Below the pieces are notes generated by a model, which was not told where the DNA came from, made no database searches, and was given only the letters and a program-made list of their open reading frames with translations. Positions 27,433 to 38,616 of a DNA stretch of 64,000 bases are shown piece after piece. A program made the translations under genes and the position numbers. How positions within the stretch are numbered: position 1 is the first letter of the stretch; every line of letters starts with the position of its first letter. The stretch is taken from assembly GCA_950097015.1 (NCBI GenBank), contig CATNEN010000038.1, forward strand, positions 30,628,001 through 30,692,000, written 5' to 3'. Source of the DNA: Macrostomum hystrix. Taxonomy: Eukaryota; Animalia; Platyhelminthes.

Positions 27433-27625
27433 CTTGACCAATCAGATCTTTTGACCAATCAGATTTCTTGACCAATCAGATTTTTTGACCAATCAGATTT
27501 CTTGACCAATCAGATCTCTTGACCAATCAGATCTCTTGACCAATCAGATCTCTTGACCAATCAGATTTCTTGACCAATCAGATTTCTTGACCAATCAGAT
27601 CTCTTGACCAATCAGATCTCTTGAC
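27433..27625. repeat. 17-bp intronic array TTGACCAATCAGATYTC
   Basis: ~11 copies, each containing CCAATCAG. Confidence 0.92.
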
Positions 27626-27683
27626 TCGTCAGCTCTCGACCTTCCGCACATAAACCCATCGGATCAGGTACCACAAGCCTTAC

Positions 27684-27820
27684 CTTCAACAACCAGGCTA
27701 TAGATGAGCTGCAGAGCTCCAAGCTCATTGACAGCTTCGCACACGTATTCCCCGGTGTCGTTCAATTTCACGGCGTAGCGCTGGCTCCCTCGAAACTGGA
27801 GGCTGCTGCTGTACTGATAG
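27684..27820 (-). CDS. Echinoid-like gene exon: C-half of Ig6
   Basis: cctgcag| ... G|gtaagg; 137 nt, phase 2-1; YSSSLQF...DTGEYVCEAVNELG. Confidence 0.9.
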
Positions 27821-27943
27821 CTGCAGGCGCAAACGATACGGATGGCATGTTACACAAAACATTATTTGTTACGTTTGATTGTAAGACTATTCACCCTCTC
27901 CCCTTTTCCCTCTTTCTTGTCTCTCTCCTCTCTCCGCACTCAC

Positions 27944-28883
27944 GCATCGATGCCGATCTCATACTGTGCCGAGTACATCAGGCCGGATTCCGTCTTCAGC
28001 AAGGACATCGACTTGTTGACGCCCGGCTCCTGGCGCCACCAACGAATCAGAGGCTGTGGATTTGCCGAAATCCTACAAACCAATCCGCCAAATCTATCAT
28101 CGTCCTGACGTGCCCGAATCATGAATTTCTCGACGCCAGAGTCAATCGCTTGTGGCGATTGCACCACCTGCAAGCTGATCAGCTGGGAGTCAGCGGTGCC
28201 GAGACTGTTCCAGGCCTGACAGGCGTACGATCCACTGTCAGCTAGGCGCACTCGCTGTTTCACCAGCTGCGATTGATTCGTCAGCCAGCCGGCATCGCCG
28301 ACTAGTCGCCAACGAAGATTCGGCGATGGTTCGCCTGGCGAGTCAACATTTGGCTGACAATTCCAGCTGACAGTTGAGCCAGCCAGGGTCGTTGTCGGCA
28401 ACGAGTCAACCAACGGAGGTCCTGGCGCGTAGTTCACAGTCAGCTGGACGGTGGCGGTGGCGCTGAAGGACAGCCTCTCGCCGGAGCTTGTAACCAGCAG
28501 GGCTTCGACTTCACATCGCCATTCTCCAGTTTGCTGCCGCTCGGCTCGCGCGAAGTACAACCCGGTGCCTGAGGAATTCCGCACCAACTGACCTCTGACT
28601 GTGTGGCGCCAGCTGACGCCGGTTGGTCTGGGGTTTCCTGACACGCTGCACTCGATCTGGACTGCCTGACCTTCGTTGACTCGAACAGTGGCGGGGGCCT
28701 TGGCTGCTGGCGGGTAGAGCACATTCAGATTGAAGCTGGCCGCATTGTCGGAGACGCCGAGAGAATTTGAGGCTCGACAAGAGTAGCTTCCTGATTGGCT
28801 GCGATCGACTGCGGCGGCTAGAAGGAACCTGGCTGCGGCGGAGGGCCCGCCCTCACTGCTGGCCGAGTCTTCGGGAGACAATT
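27944..28883 (-). CDS. Echinoid-like gene exon: end of Ig3, Ig4, Ig5, start of Ig6
   Basis: ttgtag| ... GC|gtgagt; 940 nt; SGSYSCRASNSLG, ECSVSGNPRP..W, DSGSYACQAWNSLG, CRISANPQPLIRW. Confidence 0.92.
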
Positions 28884-28970
28884 CTACAATGAAATAATTA
28901 AGGAACAATTTCTGTATAAGTGAAGACAGGAAGAGCAGGGACTCAAAGATTTCTCAATTTCTAAACGCAC

Positions 28971-29102
28971 CCTGAAGCACTGTGCCATTGCTGGCTAGCA
29001 GCTGGATGCTTGGCACCGGAAATCCGCTAGCCTGACAACTGACACTCACAGACGAGCCTTCGATGGCTGATATGTCTGGCACCGGCACAACCGTGGGCTT
29101 GT
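28971..29102 (-). CDS. Echinoid-like gene exon: N-half of Ig3
   Basis: ttttcag| ... G|gtgcgt; 132 nt, phase 1-1; HKPTVVPVPDISAIEGSSVSVSCQASGFPVP (absent from the ORF track). Confidence 0.85.
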
Positions 29103-29194
29103 CTGAAAATTTATTTCAGTTTGAATTTCAGGTTGATAAAATAGTTAAAAATGTTGTACTATAGGATCTAAAAGTCACTTCCCCAGCCAAGTGG

Positions 29195-30058
29195 CTCATC
29201 TCTCCCCTGTCTCATCTCTCCTCTGTCTCATCTCTCCTCTGTCTCATCTCTCCCCTTAGATGAGATCTTAGATGATCTCAGATGAGACATCAGTGAGATA
29301 TTAGATGAGATCTCTCTCCCGTCTCATCTCTCTCGTGTCTCATCTCTCCACTGTCTCATCTCTCCCCTGTCTCATCTCTCCCCTGTCTCATCTCTCCCCT
29401 GTCTCATCTCTCCTCTGTCTCATCTCTCCCCTGTCTCATCTCTCCCCTGTCTCATCTCTCCTCTGTCTCATCTCTCCCCTGTCTCATCTCTCCTCTGTCT
29501 CATCTCTCCTCTGTCTCATCTCTCCCGTTAGATGAGATCTTAGATGATCTCAGATGAGACATCAGAGAGATCTTAGATGAGATCTCTCTCCCGTCTCATC
29601 TCTCTCGTGTCTCATCTCTCCACTGTCTTATCTCTTCTGTCTCATCTCTCCCCTGTCTCATCTCTCCCCTGTCTCATCTCTCCCCTGTCTCATCTCTCCT
29701 CTGTCTCATCTCTCCCCTGTCTCATCTCTCCCCTGTCTCATCTCTCCTCTGTCTCATCTCTCCCCTGTCTCATCTCTCCTCTGTCTCATCTCTCCTCTGT
29801 CTCATCTCTCCTCTGTCTCATCTCTCCCGTTAGATGAGATCTTAGATGATCTCAGATGAGACATCAGAGAGATCTTAGATGAGATCTCTCTCCCGTCTCA
29901 TCTCTCTCGTGTCTCATCTCTCCACTGTCTCATCTCTCCCCTGTCTCATCTCTCCCCTGTCTCATCTCTCCCCTGTCTCATCTCTCCCCTGTCTCATCTC
30001 TCCCCCGTCTCATCTCATCCTGTCTCATCTCATCCTGTCTCATATCTCCCATCTCTCA
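29195..30058. repeat. 16-bp family minisatellite with ~270-300-bp higher-order repeat
   Basis: TTAGATGAGATCTTAGATGATCTCAGATGAGACATCAG block at ~29256, 29528, 29830. Confidence 0.9.
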
Positions 30059-30068
30059 TCGGACTCAC

Positions 30069-30386
30069 GCTGCACTCGCAGTCGCAGCTGTCCAACGCTA
30101 GATTCCGCTGTGCCGGGCTGCAGCGAGCCGCAGGCCCAGACAGACCGGTCGTCGCCAGGCCCGACAGTTACAGTCAATCTGCTGACCTGACGACCGAGTT
30201 TGACGATTCCAGGCGCAACTTCCACCCCAGATTGAACTGCAACCGGGCTGGCGTAGCCTGCTGGAGTCTTCGTCCAGGTGAGATTCACGGGCGGATTCCA
30301 GCCGGTAACTGAACAGGTGAGGACTGCGGCATCGCCCGAAATTGGCGACGAAGGCGTCACGGCGAGGACAGGCGACGATCCAGAGG
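30069..30386 (-). CDS. Echinoid-like gene exon: Ig2 (C2-like)
   Basis: aatacag| ... C|gtgagt; 318 nt, phase 1-1; LTCSVTGWNPPVNLTW...SRLTV...DDRSVWAC. Confidence 0.88.
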
Positions 30387-30396
30387 CTGTATTAAT

Positions 30397-30812
30397 GGGA
30401 TTTGGATTTCAGTATTGATTTGGGGTTTCAGTATTGATTTTGGATTTCAGTATTGATTTGGGATTTCAGTATTGATTTTGGATTTCAGTATTGATTTTGG
30501 ATTTCAGTATTGATTTTGGATTTCAGTATTGATTTGGGATTTCGGTATTGATTTGGGATTTCAGTATTGATTTAGGATTTCAGTATTGATTTGGGATTTC
30601 AGTATTGATTTGGGATTTCGGTATTGATTTGGGATTTCGGTATTGATTTGGGATTTCAGTATTGATTTGGGATTTCAGTATTGATTTGGGATTTCGGTAT
30701 TGATTTGGGATTTCAGTATTGATTTGGGATTTCGGTATTGATTTGGGATTTCAGTATTGATTTGGGATTTCAGTATTGATTTGGGATTTCAGTATTGATT
30801 TAGGATTTCAGA
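30397..30812. repeat. 19-bp intronic minisatellite GATTTCAGTATTGATTTGG
   Basis: Seen directly. Confidence 0.93.
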
Positions 30813-31519
30813 TTTTTTTCTAAATTTTCTTTACTTTCCCGCATGTTTTTATTTTGCTTTTTCCTCCAAAACAATTAGTTTATTAAACTGTCACTCGATA
30901 GATGGCTGAGCAGATAAGGTGAGAATGAATCATTTAATTTTTCTAGCTGTCACAGGAGCTAGAGTGGAGAAAAGCATTACTGATGAAAAAATTTGTTTTA
31001 TTGAGGAAAAAACGCAGGAAACTGGTGGAAGGAAAGTGTGTTTTTTTCTCTCCATAAAAGCGTCAAAAAACGGTTCAGAACGGCGGAACGTCAACATCGA
31101 CAGCAGCGGGCATCAGAAGCTGTCAATTCCATATTCTGTCCTTTTGCCAGCCTTGCCTCTCTACGCCCTCTTTTTAGCTCTCATAGTAGATATTTTATGC
31201 TGAGTTTTTTTTTGGCTGTCAGAAATTATTTTTCTGGGAATCGCATTGAGTGGAAGATCAGTTTGATTGGCACCAGTAATTCAAGAGATGATTAGCACCG
31301 CAGGAAAATAATTATTTTGCTTTTTCGCTAGTTATGGATATTTGTTTCCATAAAGACGGAATGGTGTGTTAATCTGCCCTGGCCTTCTTATTGTCAAGGG
31401 CTTAAAGGAATATGGCCTCGAGGCAGATTCGAGCTCAAGACCAACATAATGGGTACGATAGTCGGACTCAAAGGTGTGAGTGTGTGTGTGTGTGTGCTCA
31501 TACAATAGGGGAGTGTACC

Positions 31520-32300
31520 GTCAGGTGAGTGCACTCATAGGTGAGTGTGCTCACAGATGTGTGTGCTCACAGGTGTGTGTGCTAATTGGTGAGTGTACTC
31601 ATAGGTGAGTGTGCTCACAGGTGTGTGTACTCATAGGTGAGTGTGCTCACAGGTGTGTGTAGTCATAGGTGAGTGTGCTCACAGGTGTGTGTACTCATAG
31701 GTGAGTGCACTCATAGGTGAGTGTACTCATAGGTGAGTGTACTCATAGGTGAGTGTACTCATAGGTGAGTGTACTCATAGGTGAGTGTACTCATAGGTGA
31801 GTGTACTCATAGGTGAGTGTACTCATAGGTGAGTGTACTCATAGGTGAGTGTGCTCACAGATGTGTGTGCTCACAGGTGTGTGTGCTAATTGGTGAGTGT
31901 ACTCATAGGTGAGTGTGCTCACAGGTGTGTGTGCTCATAGGTGAGTGTGCTCAGAGGTGTGTGTACTCATAGGTGAGTGAACTCATAGGTGAGTGTACTC
32001 ATAGGTGAGTGTGCTCACAGATGTGTGCCCTCACAGGTGTGTGTACTCATGGGTGAGTGTGCTCACAGGTGTGTGTACTCATAGGTGAGTGAACTCATAG
32101 GTGAGTGTGCTCACAGATGTGTGCCCTCACAGGTGTGTGTACTCATACTTTAGGTGAGTGTGCTCACAGGTGTGTGCCCTCACAGGTGTGTGTACTCATA
32201 ATTTTTGTGAGTGTGCTCATAGGTGAGTGTACTCATAGGTGAGTATGCTCACAGATGTGTGTGCTCACAGGTGTGTGTGCTCATACATTAGGTGAGTCAC
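31520..32300. repeat. 16-bp quasi-palindromic minisatellite GGTGAGTGTACTCATA
   Basis: Seen directly. Confidence 0.9.
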
Positions 32301-32955
32301 AAGTAAGTGTACTCACGAGCACATACTGAGGCACATACGTCGAAAAAAGCAAAAGATAAACAGTGCAAGCTCCGTTTCGGGCCAGTGATAAATCAATTAG
32401 ACGGTGTCACAAGCAGGAAAGGTAATTTAGTTAGTGTCTTATTCTTGTTTAGAAAGCAACCGCGAAATCCTTACCTTTGTACTAGCACAATTAGCTGATT
32501 ATCATTCCAGGCTTAACCCAGAAAGTTTTGGCCCCAATGTGACGATACTAGGAAGAAAACTCGGATGTGTTCCCATGTAGGTAATCAGTGCCAAATCTTC
32601 GAGGCCGAACATGTCTGGCCAATCAATTTGCCGTCTGTGTCTGGTTTTTGCTGGTTTCCAATAAATACCCGTAGGCTAAATGTAAACGAAATACTAACAG
32701 ATGCAATATGAGCTAGCATTGCCATTAACAAAGTAAGCCCTCTTTAGGCGAATATAATTTTCTGCGCAGTTTCAATGTAAAACAATCATAAAAACTAACA
32801 AGGTATTTAATGCTTGCACTTTTCTGCTAACGAATAGAAAGATTTAACTGGTGTTTTTCTTCTACGCTTTAGTTGAATTTGGGTAAAAAGCAAAGCAAAA
32901 GAAACATAGGTAAGATTCGTTTAGTGTTCAGACAAGTGTGTGTATGTTGAAAAAA

Positions 32956-33700
32956 AGGTAGATAAGACACAGGTAGATAAGAGACAGGCAGATAAGAGAC
33001 AGGTAGATTAGAGGCAGGTAGATAAGAGACAGGTAGATTAGAGGCAGGTAGATTAGAGACAGGTAGATAAGAGGCAGGTAGATAAGAGACAGGTAGATTA
33101 GAGACAGGTAGATAAGAGACAGGTAGATAAGAGACAGGTAGATTAGAGACAGGTAGATTAGAGGCAGGTAGATTAGAGACAGGTAGATAAGAGGCAGGTA
33201 GATAAAAGACAGGTAGATAAGAGACAGGTAGATAAGAGACAGGTAGATAAGACACAGGTAGATAAGAGACAGGTAGATTAGAGGCAGGTAGATTAGAGAC
33301 AGGTAGATTAGAGACAGGCAGATAAGAGACAGGTAGATTAGAAACAGGTAGATTAGAGGCAGGTAGATTAGAGACAGGTAGATAAGAGACAGGCAGATAA
33401 GAGACAGGTAGATTAGAGACAGGTAGATTAGAGGCAGATAGATTAGAGACAGGTAGATAAGAGACAGGTAGATAAGAGACAGGTAGATAAGAGACAGGTA
33501 GATTAGAGGCAGGTAGATTAGAGACAGGTAGATAAGAGACAGGTAGATAAGAGACAGGTAGATAAGAGACAGGTAGATAAGAGACAGGTAGATAAGAGGC
33601 AGGTAGATTAGAGACAGGTAGATAAGAGACAGGTAGATTAGAGACAGGTAGATAAGAGACAGGTAGATAAGAGGCAGGTAGATTAGAGGCAGGTTGATTA
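32956..33700. repeat. 15-bp minisatellite AGGTAGATAAGAGAC
   Basis: Seen directly. Confidence 0.95.
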
Positions 33701-35304
33701 GTATAACTAGAAAACAATGCGTAATCTAAAAAAGGGTTGAAAACTAGCGTGCAAATTAAAAAATCTGAATTTTCATAGACAGTTAACAAGGAATGCAGCA
33801 AGAGCAGCACGCAGGTGCTTATGACACATCACTTCCAGAGAAATAAAAGCTAGTATAGAACTGACAATAGGAGTTTTTCTATCAGTTCTGTCAGACTTGT
33901 TGCACATAGATACTAAACAATAGGAAACTCTGACAGAATGCAATAGCGGATCTGAAGAAGAAAAAGTTGTAACTCCGGAAGAAGTTCAGCAGTCTGTGGA
34001 AGTTTGACTATATACCTGTCAGGTGATCACACAGATTTGCAGGCTTAAGGGCCCCTCAATAAAGCAACTTTAGCGCGATAGACAACAGAAAAGCCTTTCA
34101 AGCAAATCTAAAACTGTACGAACGGTAGGTCAAAAATAATACTCTGAGCTGGTTATGGGAATAAATCTTCAAATCCACAAGACAGCCAAGAAATAATATT
34201 TGAAAGCAATTTATTTCAAGGAAAGTAAAGAATGGCAATTAACTTGCTGAGGGAATTATTCTGGTACACAATTTTGGCGCAGATTGTTACACAGAAGCTA
34301 ATTGTCACTTTCACTTCATTTCTGGTGTTTGTAAGTCACAGCTGTTATGCGTAATCCCCCTAAAGCCACTACTGCTGCCTGGTATGTGGTATGGTGTGAA
34401 AATAGTTGCATGGCAGTTACCTTAGGGGATAATAAGTATTAACAAGTGACTGACAGATGTCAATTCTTATGCTTATTTCTTAGAACACGGGGCATTGTGA
34501 AATAGATTGCCGCCGATTTTATTATGAATATGGAGAAGTTTCGTAAGAAAAGTAAAGTTGTTTTGGGGACTGTAAGCTGTTAGATCGGATTAAGTTTGGA
34601 AAAAAATAATTAGATATAAGTAACACTGAACTAAGGACACAAGAACTGCCAAAAAATACGAACATCTGACAGAGCAGCGTCAATTATATCTGAGTTTCAG
34701 AGGTTCAGATGAAATTTTTTAAATAGAAGTGAGATAAGGGAGAATTGAGATGAGATATGGGAGAATTTAGATGAGATAAGGGACAATGGAGATGAGATAA
34801 TAGAGAATTGAGATAAAATAAGAGAGAATTGCGATGAGATATGGGAGAATTGAGATGAGATAAGAGAGAATTGAGATGAGAGGCAGAAAACAGTCTGTTA
34901 AAAGTAAATAGTAGCACGTAATAACCTTAAGGTAGTTTTGTTTTACCTAACAGCCTGCTACATATACTAAATATTATTTTCTTTTTAGTAATGCTACTCC
35001 AGTATTTCATTGTCATCAATTCCATTGATTTCATTCCTTGCGACTTATTAAATTATGAATACTGAAGGCTTGTCAAGCCTACACAAGCTTGCATAGTTCC
35101 AAGCGAGCATTACTTTTTCCATTTAGCCCAACAATAGAGAAAGTAGGATTTCTGTTGTTATAAAAAACATTGTGAAAGTGTTGCAGCAGAGACCTAATCC
35201 TACTTTCCTCTCTCAGGAAGCGTAAAGGAAAATGTAGAAAGAATTTTCTTTTAATTTCATTGTCACGAGATTTCAGTTGTGTACGGCACTACACAACTTC
35301 ACTA

Positions 35305-36902
35305 CGGATTGGGATCTGAAGGACGTCGGATTGGGATCTGAAGAATGTCGGATTTGTATCTGAAGGATGTCAGATTGGGATCTGAAGGACGTTGGATTGG
35401 GATCTGAAGGACGTTGGATTGGGATTTGAAGGATGTCGGATTGGGATCTGAAGGATGTCGGATTGGGATCTGAAGGACGTGGGATTGGGATCTGAAGGAT
35501 GTCGGATTGGGATCTGAAGAATGTCGGATTGGTATCTGAAGGATGTCAGATTGGGATCTGAAGGATGTCGGATTGGAATCTGAAGGATGTCGGATTGGGA
35601 TCTGAAGTATGTCGGATTGGGATCTGATGGATGTCGGATTGGGATCTGAAGGATGTCGGATTGGGATCTGAAGAATGTCGGATTTGTATCTGAAGGATGT
35701 CAGATTGGGATCTGAAGGACGTTGGATTGGGATCTGAAGGACGTTGGATTGGGATTTGAAGGATGTCGGATTGGGATCTGAAGGATGTCGGATTGGGATC
35801 TGAAGGACGTGGGATTGGGATCTGAAGGATGTCGGATTGGGATCTGAAGGACATCAGATTGGGATCTGAAGGATGTCGGATTGGGATCTGAAGGACGTCG
35901 GATTGGGATCTGAAGGATTTCAGATTGGGATCTGAAGGATGTCGGATTGGAATCTGAAGGATGTCGGATTGGGATCTGAAGAATGTCAGATTGGTATCTG
36001 AAGAATGTCGGATTTGTATCTGAAGGATGTCAGATTGGGATCTGAAGGACGTTGGATTGGGATCGGAAGGATGTCGGATTGGGATCAGAAGGACGTCGGA
36101 TTGGGATCTGAAGGACGTCGGATTGGGATCTGAAGGATGTCGGATTGGTATCTGAAGGATGTCGGATTGGGATCTGAAGGACGTCGGATTGGGATCTGAA
36201 GGATGTCAGATTGGGATCTGAAGGACGTCAGATTAGGATCTGAAGGATGTCGGATTGGTATCTGAAGGATGTCAGATTGGGATCTGAAGGATGTCGGATT
36301 GGAATCTGAAGAATGTCGGATTGGGATCTGAAGGATTTCAGATTGGGATCTGAAGGATGTCGGATTGGAATCTGAAGGATGTCAGATTGGGATCTGAAGG
36401 ATGTCGGATTGGAATCTGAAGGATGTCGGATTGGGATCTGAAGGATGTCGGATTGGGATCTGAAGGACGTCGGATTGGGATCTGAAGGACGTCGGATTGG
36501 GATCTGAAGGATGTCGGATTGGGATCTGAAGGATGTCAGATTGGGATCTGAAGGATGTCGGATTGGAATCTGAAGGATGTCGGATTGGGATCTGAAGGAT
36601 GTCGGATTGGAATCTGAAGGATGTCGGATTGGGATCTGAAGGACGTCGGATTGGGATCTGAAGCATGTCTGATTGGGATCTGAAGGATGTCGGATTGGGA
36701 TCTGAAGAATGTCGGATTGGTATCTGAAGGATGTCAGATTGGGATCTGAAGGATGTCGGATTGGAATCTGAAGGATGTCGGATTGGGATCTGAAGAATGT
36801 CGGATTGGGATCTGAAGGATGTCGGATTGGGATCTGAAGAATGTCGGATTGGGATCTGAAGGATGTTTGACTGGGATCTGAAGGATGTCGGTTTGGGATC
36901 TG
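35305..36902. repeat. 22-bp minisatellite GGATTGGGATCTGAAGGATGTC
   Basis: ~70 copies. Confidence 0.95.
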
Positions 36903-37637
36903 TTAAATCCGTATGATACTATTGAAGACACTATAAGTCACATACTCTTCTGTGACAGCAGTTATCAAGTTCAGCGCACACATCCACGCACAGTGTGAAT
37001 TCACTCACAATGTGCTATTATAGGCCTCGGGTACAGGGGGTCGGTGACAGGGCGGTGTGTGCCTATGTAATGTTGATCCAGCACATAATTCCAATATTCC
37101 CATAAAGTCCCACCCCACTCCTGTCATATATATTCTCTTCCTCATGCGTTCTCTCTAATGCACCCCTATGCATTCTCTTTGCTGCAAATAAAAGTCGGCC
37201 ATATATAGCACGTTGGTGAAGGGGACATTGTGAGTGGGTGACACACCGCATGCGAAAGTTCTGTAAAGCTTGGCGGTAGCTTGCTGGGGACTGGTGGACA
37301 CCCAGCCAGGTGACGCTATTGACAATTGCATAGTAAATGATGCTATAGCTGTCTGAGTCAGGTTCGTGTGAGGTTTTTTTATATGCTAGCCAAATTGATT
37401 GTCTCACTGTATAGATTGCATGTGTGTGTGTACCTGAGTGTGTTTTAGTGTCTCATACAGCTGTGATATGTGCCACTATCTGTCGCATTGCTCATATATT
37501 CCTGATCGGATTCTTAATAACTGAGTTGTTTTTTTCTGCTCCCAAATAACACCTGGACCCAGACATCCGTGAGATACAGTTTTTTTGTCTCATTCTATAA
37601 TTCATCGAGTCGCGAACCCTTTTATCCCATCCCATAT

Positions 37638-37849
37638 AGGGGAGAGATAACACAGGGGAGAGATAACAGAGGGGAGAGATAACACAGGGGAGAGATAACA
37701 CAGGGGAGAGATAACACAGGGGAGAGATAACACAGGGGAGAGATAACACTGGGGAGAGATAGCACAGGGGAGAGATAGCACAGGGGAGAGATAACACAGG
37801 GGAGAGATAACACAGGGGAGAGATAACACAGGGGAGAGATAACACAGGG
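37638..37849. repeat. 16-bp GATAACACAGGGGAGA array, left flank of the retrotransposon
   Basis: Seen directly. Confidence 0.95.
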
Positions 37850-38083
37850 GCTCGCACCGGCGGGACACAATGCCTGTGTGGGATGAGTCAGACCAGGCCT
37901 ACGGGCTAAGGTCTGCGATGCCTCACACCTGCAGTAGTTTTTTGAGCAGGTTTGGCAGGAAGGAGACCTGTGCCTCCGGGTGAAGGAATCCTCTCCACGT
38001 TGTCCCGTCAGCTGACCCATGGGTACACGTCCCGCGAGTGTTCAAGGCTGACCCTAGGGCAGCCGGACAGAATGGGCAACAGC
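37850..38083 (+). ncRNA. HDV-like self-cleaving ribozyme at the retrotransposon 5' end
   Basis: P1 GCUCGC 37850-55/GCGAGU 38034-39 (G1.U wobble); P2 CCCAU 38016-20/AUGGG 38072-76 (plus GCUG/CAGC extension); P3 GGG 38021-23/CCC 38031-33; L3 UACACGU; P1.1 AC/GU 38040-41; P4 UC-GGCUG...CAGCC-GA 38042-67; J4/2 CAGA with putative catalytic C38068. Confidence 0.85.
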
Positions 38084-38118
38084 GCTGGACGACCCATCCA
38101 GGGCCTCCGGCCTAACTG

Positions 38119-38384
38119 GGTACCTCTAGCCCCGGTTGGAGGGAAAGGTGTCACCCTTTGACCTTAACAGGGTATGCGGCCAGTCCGCAGCGTTCGTGCA
38201 CCTGTGCGTGATCAGGTACCTCTGGCTACGGCTCTGAGGGAAAGGTGTCACCCTTTGACCTTAACAGGGTATGCGGCCAGTCCGCAGCGTTCGTGCACCT
38301 GTGCGTGATCAGGTACCTCTGGCTTCGGCTCTGAGGGAAAGGTGTCACCCTTTGACCTTAACAGGGTATGCGGCCAGTCCGCAG
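38119..38384 (+). repeat. ~2.7 tandem 97-bp monomers in the retrotransposon 5'UTR
   Basis: GAGGGAAAGGTGTCACCCTTTGACC... recurs at 38139, 38236, 38333. Confidence 0.92.
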
Positions 38385-38616
38385 GCCTCGGCGCTGGCCA
38401 AATAGCGCCCTCTAATGTCCCAGTGTTGACCGTGCTGATGGACGCTTGACCAGGGAGTAGTCTGGCCTCCTACGGTTCCTCCCGGTGGTCCTGGCATCCC
38501 ACCCCGGGTTGTAACTTGTCTTTTTTGGCTGCCCCCGCTCAGCTTTGGGATCGCGGCTGAGCGGGTTATTCCTGCCTGTGTCTACAGGAAGCCCCTCTCC
38601 TCATTGCAGCTTTCAA

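Noticed and set aside
32475-32675. Segment with good minus-strand splice sites (tttacatttag ... AAG|gtaagg) as an extra exon
   Set aside because: Stops in all three frames and no Ig-like sequence; at most a poison or pseudo-exon
38452-38520. Second HDV-like fold (GGGAGUA...GCC UCCUAC GGU UCCUCCC GG)
   Set aside because: P1 mismatch, 6-nt L3 and no P2 partner or CNRA segment downstream
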